Source: the human T2T-CHM13v2.0 reference genome, Homo sapiens
Assembly (NCBI RefSeq): GCF_009914755.1
Contig: NC_060925.1
Direction: 5' to 3' (one strand)
DNA length: 64,000 nucleotides
Under the pieces are notes generated by a model. It saw only the letters and a list, made by a program, of their open reading frames with translations, searched no databases and was not told the origin of the DNA. Every line of letters starts with the position of its first letter. The first letter of the stretch is position 1. Of this stretch, positions 15,203-27,119 are shown piece by piece. A program made the position numbers and the translations under genes.

Positions 15203-15504
15203 TTTCTGTTGGTCTTTGGTTCCGAAATTAATCATTCTCAGGCAAACTTGTGAGGTGTATTAAAGGAGGCTCTTTATTTCTTCCAATTGAATCATGAGTT
15301 CATTATTTAATAGTTATACATGCATCCTTAAGGATTAATATAGTATATGGGTTGAGTATCCTTTATACAAAATGCTTGGGACCAGAAGTGTTTCAGATTT
15401 GGGGTTTTTTTTGGGGGGAGGGTGGGATTTTGGATAATTTGCATATACATAGTGAGATATCTTGGGCATAGGACCCAAGTCTAAACATGAAATTTATTTA
15501 TGCT

Positions 15505-15731
15505 TTTTGGATTTCTGGTTTTTGTTTTTTGAGACAGGATCTCACTCTGTCACCCAGGCTGCAGTGCAGTGGAGCAACCATGGCCCACTGAGACCTCCCA
15601 GGCTCAAGCCATCCTCCTACCTCAGTTTCCCAAGTAGCTAGGAGCACAGGCATGCACCACCACACCTGGCTAGTTTTTTTTTGTTTGTTTTGTTTTTTTG
15701 TAGAGACAGGTTTTCCCTATGTTGCCCAGAC
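15505..15731 (-). mobile_element. 5'-truncated AluJ inside Tigger4
   Basis: Right monomer plus part of the left; TSD ttatttatgct (15494-15504) / tcatttatgtt (15732-15742). Confidence 0.88.
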
Positions 15732-15736
15732 TCATT

Positions 15737-16679
15737 TATGTTATATATATATATATATATTATATATATGTTATATATATGTTATATATGTTATATATAT
15801 GTTATATATATGTTATATATATGTTATATATGTAATATATATGTTATGTTATATATGTTATATATATGTTATATATAATATATATGTTATATATACGTTA
15901 TATGTTATATATATGTTATATATAATATATGTTATATATACGTTATATGTTATATATATGTTATATATGTTATATATAATATATGTTATATATACGTTAT
16001 ATGTTATATATATGTTATATAATATATGTTATATATAATATATGTTATATATAATATATGTTATATATTATATATAATATATGTTATATATTATATATAA
16101 TATATGTTATATATTATATATAATATATGTTATATATTATATATAATATATGTTATATATTATATATAATATATGTTATATATATTATATATTATATGTT
16201 ATATATATTATATATAATATGTTATATATATTATATATAACATGTTATATATAATATATATGTTATATATTATATATAATATATGTTATATATATTATAT
16301 ATAATATATGTTATATATAATATATATAACATATGTTATATATAATATATATAATATATATGATATATAATATAAAATATATGTGATATATATTATATAT
16401 AATATATATGTTATATATATATATATATAGCTTCAGAGCCTTGGCATTTCTGAAGTGAAGATGATACTATTCACAGGTAGACCGTTGACTTTTAACAATG
16501 ATGGGTGAAGGCTAATATGAGTCAAAAACCTTTATTTTAAAGATGGAAAAAATACTAAGTCTTCTGCTTAAGGTATATATAAGTTAAAAGCGAATTTTAA
16601 GTCACTGAGTAATTTACCAGCATTGTAGCCCGGTGACAACCTCTTGTCATTATGATTTGACCTTACTGAAGAGTAGAGA

Positions 16680-16730
<51 letters not shown>

Positions 16731-16870
16731 ATATATATTATATATAATATATATGTTATATATATGTTATATATGTTATATATATGTTATATATAATATA
16801 TATGTTATATATAATATATATGTTATATATGTTATATATATATGTTGTGTATATATATACACACACACAC
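15737..16870. repeat. TA-rich VNTR/low-complexity array with a 23-bp higher-order unit (interrupted at 16427-16686)
   Basis: G residues recur every 23 bp from 16060 to 16244; unit GTT+ATATATTATATATAATATAT. Confidence 0.95.
16427..16686 (-). repeat. Right arm (inserted inverted copy) of the 260-bp inverted repeat, embedded in (TA)n
   Basis: atagcttcagagcc...agagatactata equals the reverse complement of 14943-15202; flanked by (TA)9 (16412-16429) and (TA)22 (16683-16726). Confidence 0.97.
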
Positions 16871-17489
16871 ACCTTATACACATAGCCTGAAGGTAATTTT
16901 ATGCAATATTTTAAATAATGTTGTACATGAAACAAGGTTTGTGTACATTGAGCCATGAGAAAGCAAAGATGTCACTATCTCAGCCACCCATGTGGACAAT
17001 CTGCGGTTGTTGGCATCACCATCATTCCTGACTCTGAATTCATATGCTAATGATAAGCAATCATTTTCTTACACTTACTCACACATAGGACTTAATGGTA
17101 AAAAATATAGCATATCATTAATACAGTGAAAAAATAATGTGTTCCGTGTAGCTAAGCAGCACAGTAGCATCACCAGAATCCCTGTACGGGCTGAGCCTTC
17201 CTAATCTGAGTATCTGAAATCTGAAATGTCAAGTGTGGAATTTTCCACTTGTGGCATCATGGCAGCACTCAAAAAGTTTCAGATTTTGTTCATTTCAGAT
17301 TTTCAGATTAGGGATGTTCAACCGGAATATATAATCTTAATTTTATGATCCAGCTCCATTTAACAATTAAAGGTGGTTATGTATCACTCCTTAGTCAACC
17401 TATAATATTTGCAGTTTATGTCAAGTCTACCAAATGCTTGATTTATTTAAGTGGTGCTCATTCATCCTTATTAAAACCCTTATTCAAAG

Positions 17490-17610
17490 TGTTTGAGATG
17501 ATGGATATACTGATTACCCTGATCTATTCACCATAAATTATATGTATCAAAACATCACTATGTATGCCATGAATATGTACAATTATTATTTGTCAGTAAA
17601 AAATAAAATT
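17490..17610 (+). mobile_element. L1MA 3' end fragment
   Basis: gtttgagatgatggatatactgattaccctgat...aatatgtacaattattatttgtcagtaaaaaataaaa; flanks share tattcaaag. Confidence 0.8.
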
Positions 17611-20600
17611 ATATTTTAAAATGTTTTATAAAAAATTATATTCAAAGGAGTTTTTGTTATCCACTTTACAGATCAGAAAGCTCAAGTTCAGGGAGGCTAA
17701 ATAACCTTTCTAAAATCAGAAAGTCAGTGATAAAGCCAGGCTTCAAACCAAGATCTGTCTAATTCCAAAGCCTGTGCTCTCCCCAGTCCACAAGCTCAAA
17801 ATTATTGAGAAGAGTATACATTTTTATCAAGATCCAGTTTTAAAATATAGAGAAATATCAAACATTTTAGAGAAGTGTTTTATTAGAAAATTGTTTTTTC
17901 TTATGAAAGCAGATGCTCCTATTATTTTTCCCTAATTTTCTTCTTCAAATAAATAATACATACTTCTCTCTTGGAATGTTGTAGGCTTTCCCAAATTATT
18001 CATAGTAATACAGTCCTCTGTTGTCATCTTGATCTGCCATCACATGTATTAATCTTTTTGTCTCCTATATCAACTGATCATGAGAGTTATATTAATTATG
18101 GCCTCTTTATATAATCCGAAGATAAAAATGGGACCATACTTCCTTTTGCATTATATACAGTATAGAAAAATGGTAAATGTGAATTCTTTAAAATAAGAAT
18201 GTACAATATTAGAATTACTTGTATTATAAAGAAATAGTATTTTACTTTAGAGGTAACCATTGCTTTCTAAAGGTAGGAAACATTTGAGTAGTTTCAAAAA
18301 GTGTTTTGACAAAAGCATTAAGGATAAATTTGTCATAAATTATTAAAGGAAAACAAACAAGTTTTAGAGTTAAGAGTGTAGTCATGCCCTTCCACAAAAC
18401 GCACTTTAATGCCGCTGCCAATAAATGGCATTTGCAATATGGCATTTGCTATTAATGTGAGATAGCAGTTATATCTGCTTTGAGAAAGTCATATAATTTC
18501 TCCATGTTGCTTTCCTTCCCAAAGCAGCATCCAGTGTTGTAGGGAGGAACTTTTCCCCGCAGCTCCTGTTCTGTCCTTGCAGAATAAGTCCAAAGTGGCA
18601 GGAGCTGCCTGCTGTGAGCCTGGGAGTAGAGACTAGACGGGTGTCTTCTAGAGGGTTCTGATCCCACCCTGCTGGTCCTCACCTGCTCACTCCTGTCCCA
18701 AGCCACGGGTACACAGCTTTTGTTTTCACACTTCACCTCCAGCTCCGTGGAGAACTCCAGCAGTGAGCTTGGCTGCCCTAACACTTTTCCCCGTAAGTCA
18801 CTGAAAAGCTCAAATCTCAAAGCTGAAAGGAAGCAACTAACAGACAAACTCTGTCTCACAAACTCACACGCAACCTCAAAGCCCTACAGGCTCTCTCAAA
18901 GTAAACTTTCACACCATGCAGAAAAAACTACAAACAGACTTGGGGGGACTTGGATCACAATTTATTTTCCAACTTTTTGCATGATTACTAGATAATCCAC
19001 CACATTTTAATGAAAGGGGTTTAAAAACTTTAAAGATGAAAATAAAAATTAAAATTAAAAAAAACTTTAGAGATGGATCAGGATTCTCAAAGGGGACAGT
19101 GGATAGAATGGAATGGACATGACATTCTTCCTCTTGGCTGTTCTCCCATTTAGTACAGTCTCTTGTACTGGAAAGTCACAGAGAGTGGAAGGAAAGAAGT
19201 CTTTTACCGCACTGTGGGTAAAAAGTGAGTGCCAGACTCCAACCCCAGCCCAGTCCAGCTGGGCAAACCTGCCAAGCAGTGCCAGGCCAGCAGCTTGGGA
19301 ACCAGATTCTGGGATCCTCCATCCCAGCTGCACATAGCTTCCAGACAGGCCAGGGCCTCCTGAATCATTCAAGTGCTCCTGAAGTTATTCTGGCTGTCCA
19401 TTGCTATCCTAAGTTGACAATGAGTGCCATACTTTGTTCTACAGCTTCTTTTGAAGTCTTTCTTACCAGTTATGCTTTCTTCTTTCTAAATCATTTATGT
19501 GTGGCTGGATGTCACATTTCATTACCTATGACTCCATCCCATGCTGACCCAGAGAGGATGTGGGTATGAAAGGAACTATAAATATTTACACTCCCTTTCC
19601 ATTTGCATGTCTTCACACAGTTAAGGCACATCCCCCTTGCAGTCAGAATTCTGCTTAGGCTCTGATTCATGGTAATGTGCTTTTATTCCTAACCACAGTT
19701 CTCACATGACCAGGACCCCTTCTTGGCACCATTTAGCATCTTCCAAGGATATATTTGTATGGGTTATTTAAAGGAGCAGTCCCACGCTGTCCAGGAGCTG
19801 GTTATCTAGTCTGTCTATTCTCTATGCAAGAGGACGAAGGGGCTCAATATTATAATTTTCCCTGAAGCCAGGAGATCTCCAGGTGGAAAGAGTACTTTAC
19901 AGCACTGGAGGTGCTATTTGGAAAGGGGGTTTCAACCCAATGACACTATCAGTCCTGCTGGTAAGTCCTTCCCTATCTTGAGTACCTTAATCTGGTTAAT
20001 TTTTTTTTCTCATGGCCACCCACCCCACAGGCATTTAATCGTTCACTTGAGAGTATAGTGCAAAGAATGTAGGCTTCCAAGTTGGGAAGATGTAAGTGCT
20101 GACCTCTGACTCAGCTGACACTGGAGCAATTTACTGTCCATCTGGGTCAGCTTGCTTCTTTACAGGCAGAAATGAATAACTCCTCCTCTACAGGTTATTA
20201 GAAGGACTTAAAAAGATAAGGAGCTTGGCATTTAATAAATGGAAGTCTCTATGATTTCACTATTCCATAGATAGTATGCAGACTAAAGAATAATGGAGGG
20301 AAAAGAAATTAATAGTTATTAAGTTCTGATACTTATTAACACTCCTTGGAAAGATCCATCATGGGAGAAGGAAGAGGGAAGGAAGTAACAGAATTAGGTG
20401 ATTTGATTGGTCAAACTGCTTGACCTCTCAGAAGTGATCAGTAGAAAGACTTGCACTTCCCCATGAAGGTGTGAGTTCATCTGAACTTTTGGGTTTCTTT
20501 TATCTGCTTCTGATTTTGTTTATCAATCTTTTTCCCAATTCTTACTAATGCAACATGTGCTGTTAGCATGTCCTTATCTTTGATAAACCACTTCAAATAA

Positions 20601-21251
20601 TACCACATACTTCTCATACATTTTTAATCACTGTCACTTACCAGACCTTGAATAATAACACTAGATTTAAAACAAAAAAAAAAATTCCTTGGAAATGTTA
20701 CAGTGAATTTTAGAAAAGTGCTTAATGAAAATCTAACAACAAAAATTGCACAACAAATAGAAATGGATGCCATTTTCTCTTTCACAGTAAGTTATGAAAA
20801 TGCAACCATTAACCCAATCATGATAATAATTTTTATGAGCCCTTGAACACCAAAATTTAGACATCCAAAGACTTCCCACACACCACTCTCACCTTTTTAA
20901 TGGAAAAACAGTTATTACATTTCAACACTCCAGGAAATTAAAAGAAGAGGCATCTTCAACAAACTAGGCTTGTGGTTAAATCTCTATGTTTAATATTCTG
21001 AAAAAGAAGTATGACTCTTAGTCATTCTTAATACATTTAACTTACAGTGTCAAAATATCAATGTTTCCTAATGAGCTTCTAAACCTTGTGTTTTCTTTGA
21101 TCAAGAAGAAGTATCTACCAAATCACTTTGGATATATAAGGACTCAAAATTACTCATGCAAAAAGTAGTATTGGGTAAAAGAGACTGGGAAGTCTTGTAG
21201 TCACCTGAATGTCACAATTTTCAAACATTTTGGTGTTCTTTCTAAATAAAA

Positions 21252-21259
21252 TGTGTGTG

Positions 21260-21292
<33 letters not shown>
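21252..21292. repeat. (TG)n microsatellite
   Basis: Directly visible; one TG>CG interruption. Confidence 0.97.
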
Positions 21293-21883
21293 ACATGTGA
21301 GATGAAAGCATCTTGTATATATGAGTTAGTGCCAAATATTTGTTCTTAGAATTTTAATGTGAGCATTGACCAGTGACAAATCCCACATAAACACCACTTC
21401 AGTGGCCGCCTTGTATTCTATTATAGGGATCTATGTCATTTGTTTCACCATTCTTTTATTCTTTGATGTTTAGGTTTCCAAGTTTTTAACCATTATAAAA
21501 ATGTGACAAGCATCTTTGCTTTCTTTATGTCCACACTTTTAATTATTTTTTTGGAATTGTGTCTAAGAAGGAAATTTCAGATTATTTTTTATCCTCTTGA
21601 TACATATTGCAAAATTACTTTCCAGAATAAGCTTGTAACCGTTTATACTCCCACCAGTTGTGTAGGAAGTTCCCACTTCATAACATCCTTGCCAGCATGG
21701 GCACTCTCATTTAAAAAAAAATATTTTACATTTGAGGCATAGACTTCAAAGATGAGAGTCTTAGATGCCATTTAGTGTAACCTTTTATTCAATAATTTGT
21801 CCTCCCAATGCTCTAACCGTAAATTCCTTGAAGAGGATTCCATGTTATCTATTACTATAATCCCCAATTGCTTACATATATTA

Positions 21884-22305
<422 letters not shown>

Positions 22306-23078
22306 TCAAAATTTAACTGTGTACTCCCTGAAGTAAATTGTAAATTTACTTTTGCTTTTGAAGTTACCATATTCTTCATTTTTTAAATTATTGCGAAATC
22401 TTAAGCATTACACTGTAATAAGTATATCAGAAAAGCCTACTTAAAATATTATCCTAACATCAAAAATTGCCCAAGAAACTATATGTATGCCTTTCAGCCC
22501 ATAAAATACATATATAGAGTAAATGTGTCATTTCTGAGATTTTCATTTAGAACACTGTCATTTCCCAACGGAATTAATTCTAGCTCATAGTCCGTAAGAA
22601 CTCACCTGAAATTAGATTGGTATCTCAGCTTCTTTACTGAGGCATGTACCAAAAACATAGAATTAAGTTTTAGCCTCTTAATTTGCACCATTCTCAATAC
22701 TGTCTCATAATAATTCAAAGTGGGTTTTTTTGTTCTCTTGGCCAAGCAAAATGCCCTTGGGCTTGCTTTTACTCTTTCTCTTTTACCTTACTTGATAGCA
22801 AAGTGTCCAATTAATTCTCCAAGTAGTTATCATGAAATCCTCCCAAATAGAATTTCCTTCAGATTGAAGTTCTCATTGCATTTCAGTTCAGTCCTTTTAT
22901 GCCAATTGAGGTAATGCTTTTTTTTTTTTTTTTTTTAAGAACCAAGAGAAGGAAGCCCAAAGGTCAGGTTTAGTAATACCCCTTCCAAATATGTTTTATA
23001 TTCCTGGGTCTCTTTTTCTATAAGTACGACTTTGTTTTAAAGAAAGAGTATATAGTAGAAAAACTTAAAAGTTGTCAT

Positions 23079-23340
23079 TGAGGCTGAGGTGGAAAGATCA
23101 CATCAGGCCAGTAGTGCGAGACCAACCTGAGAAGCACAATGAGACCCTATCTCTACACAAAATGTAAAAATTTAGCCAGATGTGGTGGCACCTATTTGTA
23201 GTTCTAGCTACTCAGGAGACCAAGGCAGAATGTTGCTTGAGCCCAGGAGTTCAAGGTTACAGTGAGCTATGATCTCACCACTACTCTCCAGCCTGGACAA
23301 CAGAGTGAGACCCTGTCTCAGAAAAAAAAAAAAAGAAGAA
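23079..23340 (+). mobile_element. 5'-truncated AluJ
   Basis: AluJ diagnostics (gcttgagcccaggagttcaagg, gagaccctgtctc) and an A-tail. Confidence 0.9.
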
Positions 23341-23489
23341 GTTATTGAAAAATCAGTTAAATATTCACTACAGTTATCTGATTTTCTGATTTGTCCATTT
23401 TAATTATATTAGTAAATGCATTCTTACCAAACTCTTAAAATTAATTATTTTCCTTTTGACACGGGCCTATGTACCCTCAGTAACAAGGT

Positions 23490-23705
23490 CACCATTTATT
23501 CTGTGCTTATTACATGCCAGGCAATGAGCTAAGTGACTCATATTTATTATCTCATTTAGTCCTCTCAATAACGCTGTACTATAGGGTATTATTAGTTTCA
23601 CTTTATAAATGAGGAAACAGGCTAGAGACACTTGAAGATACTTGGCCAAGTCACTGAGCTGAAGAGCAAGAGTGTTTTAATTGAGTCAAGCCAGGTCAGA
23701 CCTTA
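23490..23705 (-). mobile_element. MIR
   Basis: ctcatttagtcctctcaataac...cactttataaatgaggaaacaggctagaga...cttggccaagtcac. Confidence 0.78.
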
Positions 23706-25154
23706 CGCTCATGATACTTGGAGGTAACACAGAGTAGTGCAGATCATCAACCTAAAGCAGGAATTACAAAATAATTTTATCTGGCATGCCAAACTTGATC
23801 AGTAGCCCATTTACGTGCTGTGTTGAGGCAGGTGAACAATTTGAGTTCTATCAGAAAGAGTGTCACATTCTGCAGTAAATGCAGGAAAAGGACATCAGGG
23901 CATGCATGCTGGGGATCTGCCATCCCAGGCCTAAAAGAAACAATATCAAGTGGAAATAAGAACAGCCTCAGAGCTGTACTTCCCTAGGTGCTGATGCTCC
24001 ATGCCCCATCTCCTACCTTCTCCTTGGGCTTTGTTAAATGTGCCAAGAGATTTTCTTTTTACAATCTATAGGTTACAAATGTTTTGATGGACTGGATCTT
24101 CAGCTATTCTGCAAGTCTTCCTAGGTCCCTGTCTAGGAGTATTTGCAATATGTCATCTGTAGAGCTGGGAAACTGAATCATCTTAGTGCTGCACTTGGCC
24201 CTTTCCTCCTACAGCCACACAATAGAATGCAGCTCTTCAGAGACGCTGTGATAATCAAATAGATTCAAAGCATTGGTTGTGTATGGGAGATAGTGTAGTG
24301 CAAAGGATCATGGTTTGGAATTTGGAAGCCTGCGACTGACTCTTCACCCTGCCACTTGCTACATGTGTAACCTAATGACTGAACATCTGAACCCCTGTTT
24401 CCTCATCTGTGGGAATAAATAAATCATGTTAATATTTATTTCCCTAGGCCGCTGTGATGCTTAACTGAGAGAATGAAGGTACAAATGTATTGTAAACTAT
24501 CAAGACCTCGTTATTAGAGATTGGTGTAGTAGCTAATGCTGATATTTTTAAAATGTTTAACAGTTTCTTATGCAAAATACAGCAGTAAAATTTATACTGC
24601 AGTGTCGAACACATTCAGCACAGCTTCAGACTCCTGGCTGTGCGTGAAAACTCCAAGAGGATACCACTGGTTTATGTCACTTGAGACTCCAGACATTGAA
24701 CAGTAATTAGGGAACATGACAGTAATTTGATTTAAAGTCTGCAGCCACAGAGTTCAGGCTCCATCCCTCTCTCCATCATTCTCCCTGAGTGCAAATCCAG
24801 AGGGAGGGCAAGTAGGTCGAAGCAGACTCTGATGGTGTTTACTTACTTGCCAGAGATTAGAGAAAGTGTGCCCACTAGGTCTACAGTAGTGCAAAACCAA
24901 GCCAAAAAGTGAGCACTTCAGTGCACTCAATGCCAAAAAAAAAAAAAAAAAAAAAAAAACATGTCTTACTTTTTTTGTCATTACTGACTTCATGAGTAGT
25001 GCATGTAACTATTTCTATGGGTCTTCTCTTTGATTTTTTTTCTCTTTGATTTTCAAAAAGAACCATTAACATTTTAATGTTATATTTACTGAGAGGTTGC
25101 ATGATATCAGCCAAAGTAAAAGGGATATGGATGAAATAAGAAATACAGAAGTCT

Positions 25155-25430
25155 GGCCAGGCACAGTGGCTCATGCCTGTCATCCCAACACTTTGGGAAG
25201 ACGAGGTGAGAGGATCACTTGAGTTCAGGAGTTTGAGACCAGCTGGGCAGCATAGTGAGACCTCCTGTCTACAAAAAGATAAAAAAAATTAGCTGATCAT
25301 CATGGCTCCTTGGGAAGCTGAGGTGAGAGGATCGCTTGAGTCTGAAGGTTGAGGCTGCAGTGAGCCAAGATGGTGCCACTGCACTCCAGCCTGGGCAACA
25401 GAGTGAAACTCTGTCTCAAAGAAAAGAAAG
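25155..25430 (+). mobile_element. AluJ with a small internal deletion in the right monomer
   Basis: TSD gaaatacagaagtct / gaaatatagaagtct. Confidence 0.93.
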
Positions 25431-25749
25431 GAAATATAGAAGTCTCACTTTAATCATTAAGTCACACCATTAAATAACACTGGTCCGTACTAAAGCTGAA
25501 ATAAGCAATTATATGACTCTACTTGAATACTTAAATAAATATGACAATAATTTGCCCCAGCAGTACGAAGCAGCTCCTCTCCCATCTTTTGTGGGCTGTT
25601 TCTCCCCTCAGATTCTGTGTTGTCTTTCTTGGTTTCTCTCTTGACTCTTGTCATACTCTTTATGGAAGCTCGAAACACATATACCAGACTCCCTGTCAGT
25701 GGGGTCCTCTCTACTTGGGTGTCACACAACCAACTGAGTTTAACACAGT

Positions 25750-26480
25750 TTATCCAAGACTGAATTTATAGTTTCTTCCCATCCCCAAACATGCTTCTTT
25801 CCTATGTCCCTTACCTCAATAAATGTCAACACCATCTCCTAAGATGCTTATGTCAAAAACCTCAGTCATGCTAGACCACCCTCTCTCACTTAGGCCCAAG
25901 TTCTCATCACCCCAACCTCTTGATGTCTCTTCAGGTCAGCCCCTCCTCATTAGTCCTGCTGCCACTGTTTTGATTTAGTCTCTTCCTCCCTCCCATGCCA
26001 TCTTTTCTTGCTGACATTACTACAATAACTCACTGCTTTCCCTTTTTCTAGCCTAGTCCTTTCCAACCAATATCCACATGCTTCATGGGCAATGTGTATG
26101 ATCATGTCACTCAACTGCTTAAAATCCTTTAGTGCTTTCTTATTATCTCTTGGGTAAAATGAGGATCTCTTAGCATGACACTTAGGGCTACTCTATCATG
26201 TTATCTTCTGACTGTATAGAAATACTAATCGTTCCTTAAGCGGGTGATATAGTTCCATACTTCTGTGCTTTAAGAGATGTTCCTTTACATGCCTTGTTTC
26301 TTTTTTTATTTAATTTTTCTTGTTATCCTGTTAGCATCCCAGTATACCTTTGCATGCCTTTTCCCCTAGGAGAATGCCCAATGACTCTTTAAGCCTTAAC
26401 TTGAATATCACAATCTCTATGAAACTTTTCTCCTTTGTGTTCCTATAGCAACCTGTAAATACTTCCTTGATAGCACTTAT
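25750..26480 (+). mobile_element. Degenerate L2
   Basis: gatcatgtcactcaactgcttaaaatcctttagtg and other L2 hallmarks; boundaries approximate. Confidence 0.65.
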
Positions 26481-26823
26481 CATGTTGTTTTATTATGAAT
26501 TTTTTTTCTAAACATCATGAGACAATTTTATTCAAATTTCTTATATGCATCTCTAACATCGGGTATATGTCATCATAAAAGCCACTCTTTAAGTTCTCTC
26601 AGTTTTCCAGAATGCATGAAACTCACTTCCACGTAAGCTGTTTGAGACACAGCGCTTTAAAAATCCATGTAGGGTGTTATGAAAATTTTATCCCAAGTCT
26701 TGAATACCCATTTGAATAACATTTAATTTTTTTCATTCTTCTTATATGTGCATATTGATAATCTCTGCAATGTGATGACTTACATTGTAAGGTCCTTACA
26801 CTACAGGAGAAACAGTATAATAG

Positions 26824-27119
<296 letters not shown>

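Larger units (their letters stand above)
15348..17325. mobile_element. Tigger4 (Zombi/MER46-family) DNA transposon derivative, interrupted by an Alu, a TA array and the inverted insertion
   Basis: Left TIR (ta)tgggttgagtatcc...aaatgcttgggaccagaagtg; continues ...caccttatacacatagcctgaaggtaatttt after 16869; right TIR ...gattagggatgttcaaccgg. Confidence 0.85.

Noticed and set aside
14943-16686. The inverted arms as TIRs of a foldback/DNA transposon, or the array as CRISPR-like
   Set aside because: No TSD; the right arm lies inside Tigger4 while the left lies outside; near identity is far too recent for primate DNA transposition; there is no repeat-spacer structure and the DNA is eukaryotic.
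15652-16956. Y/I/M/C-rich ORFs
   Set aside because: Translations of the TA-rich array; the same applies to 39855-40092 and 6127-6330.
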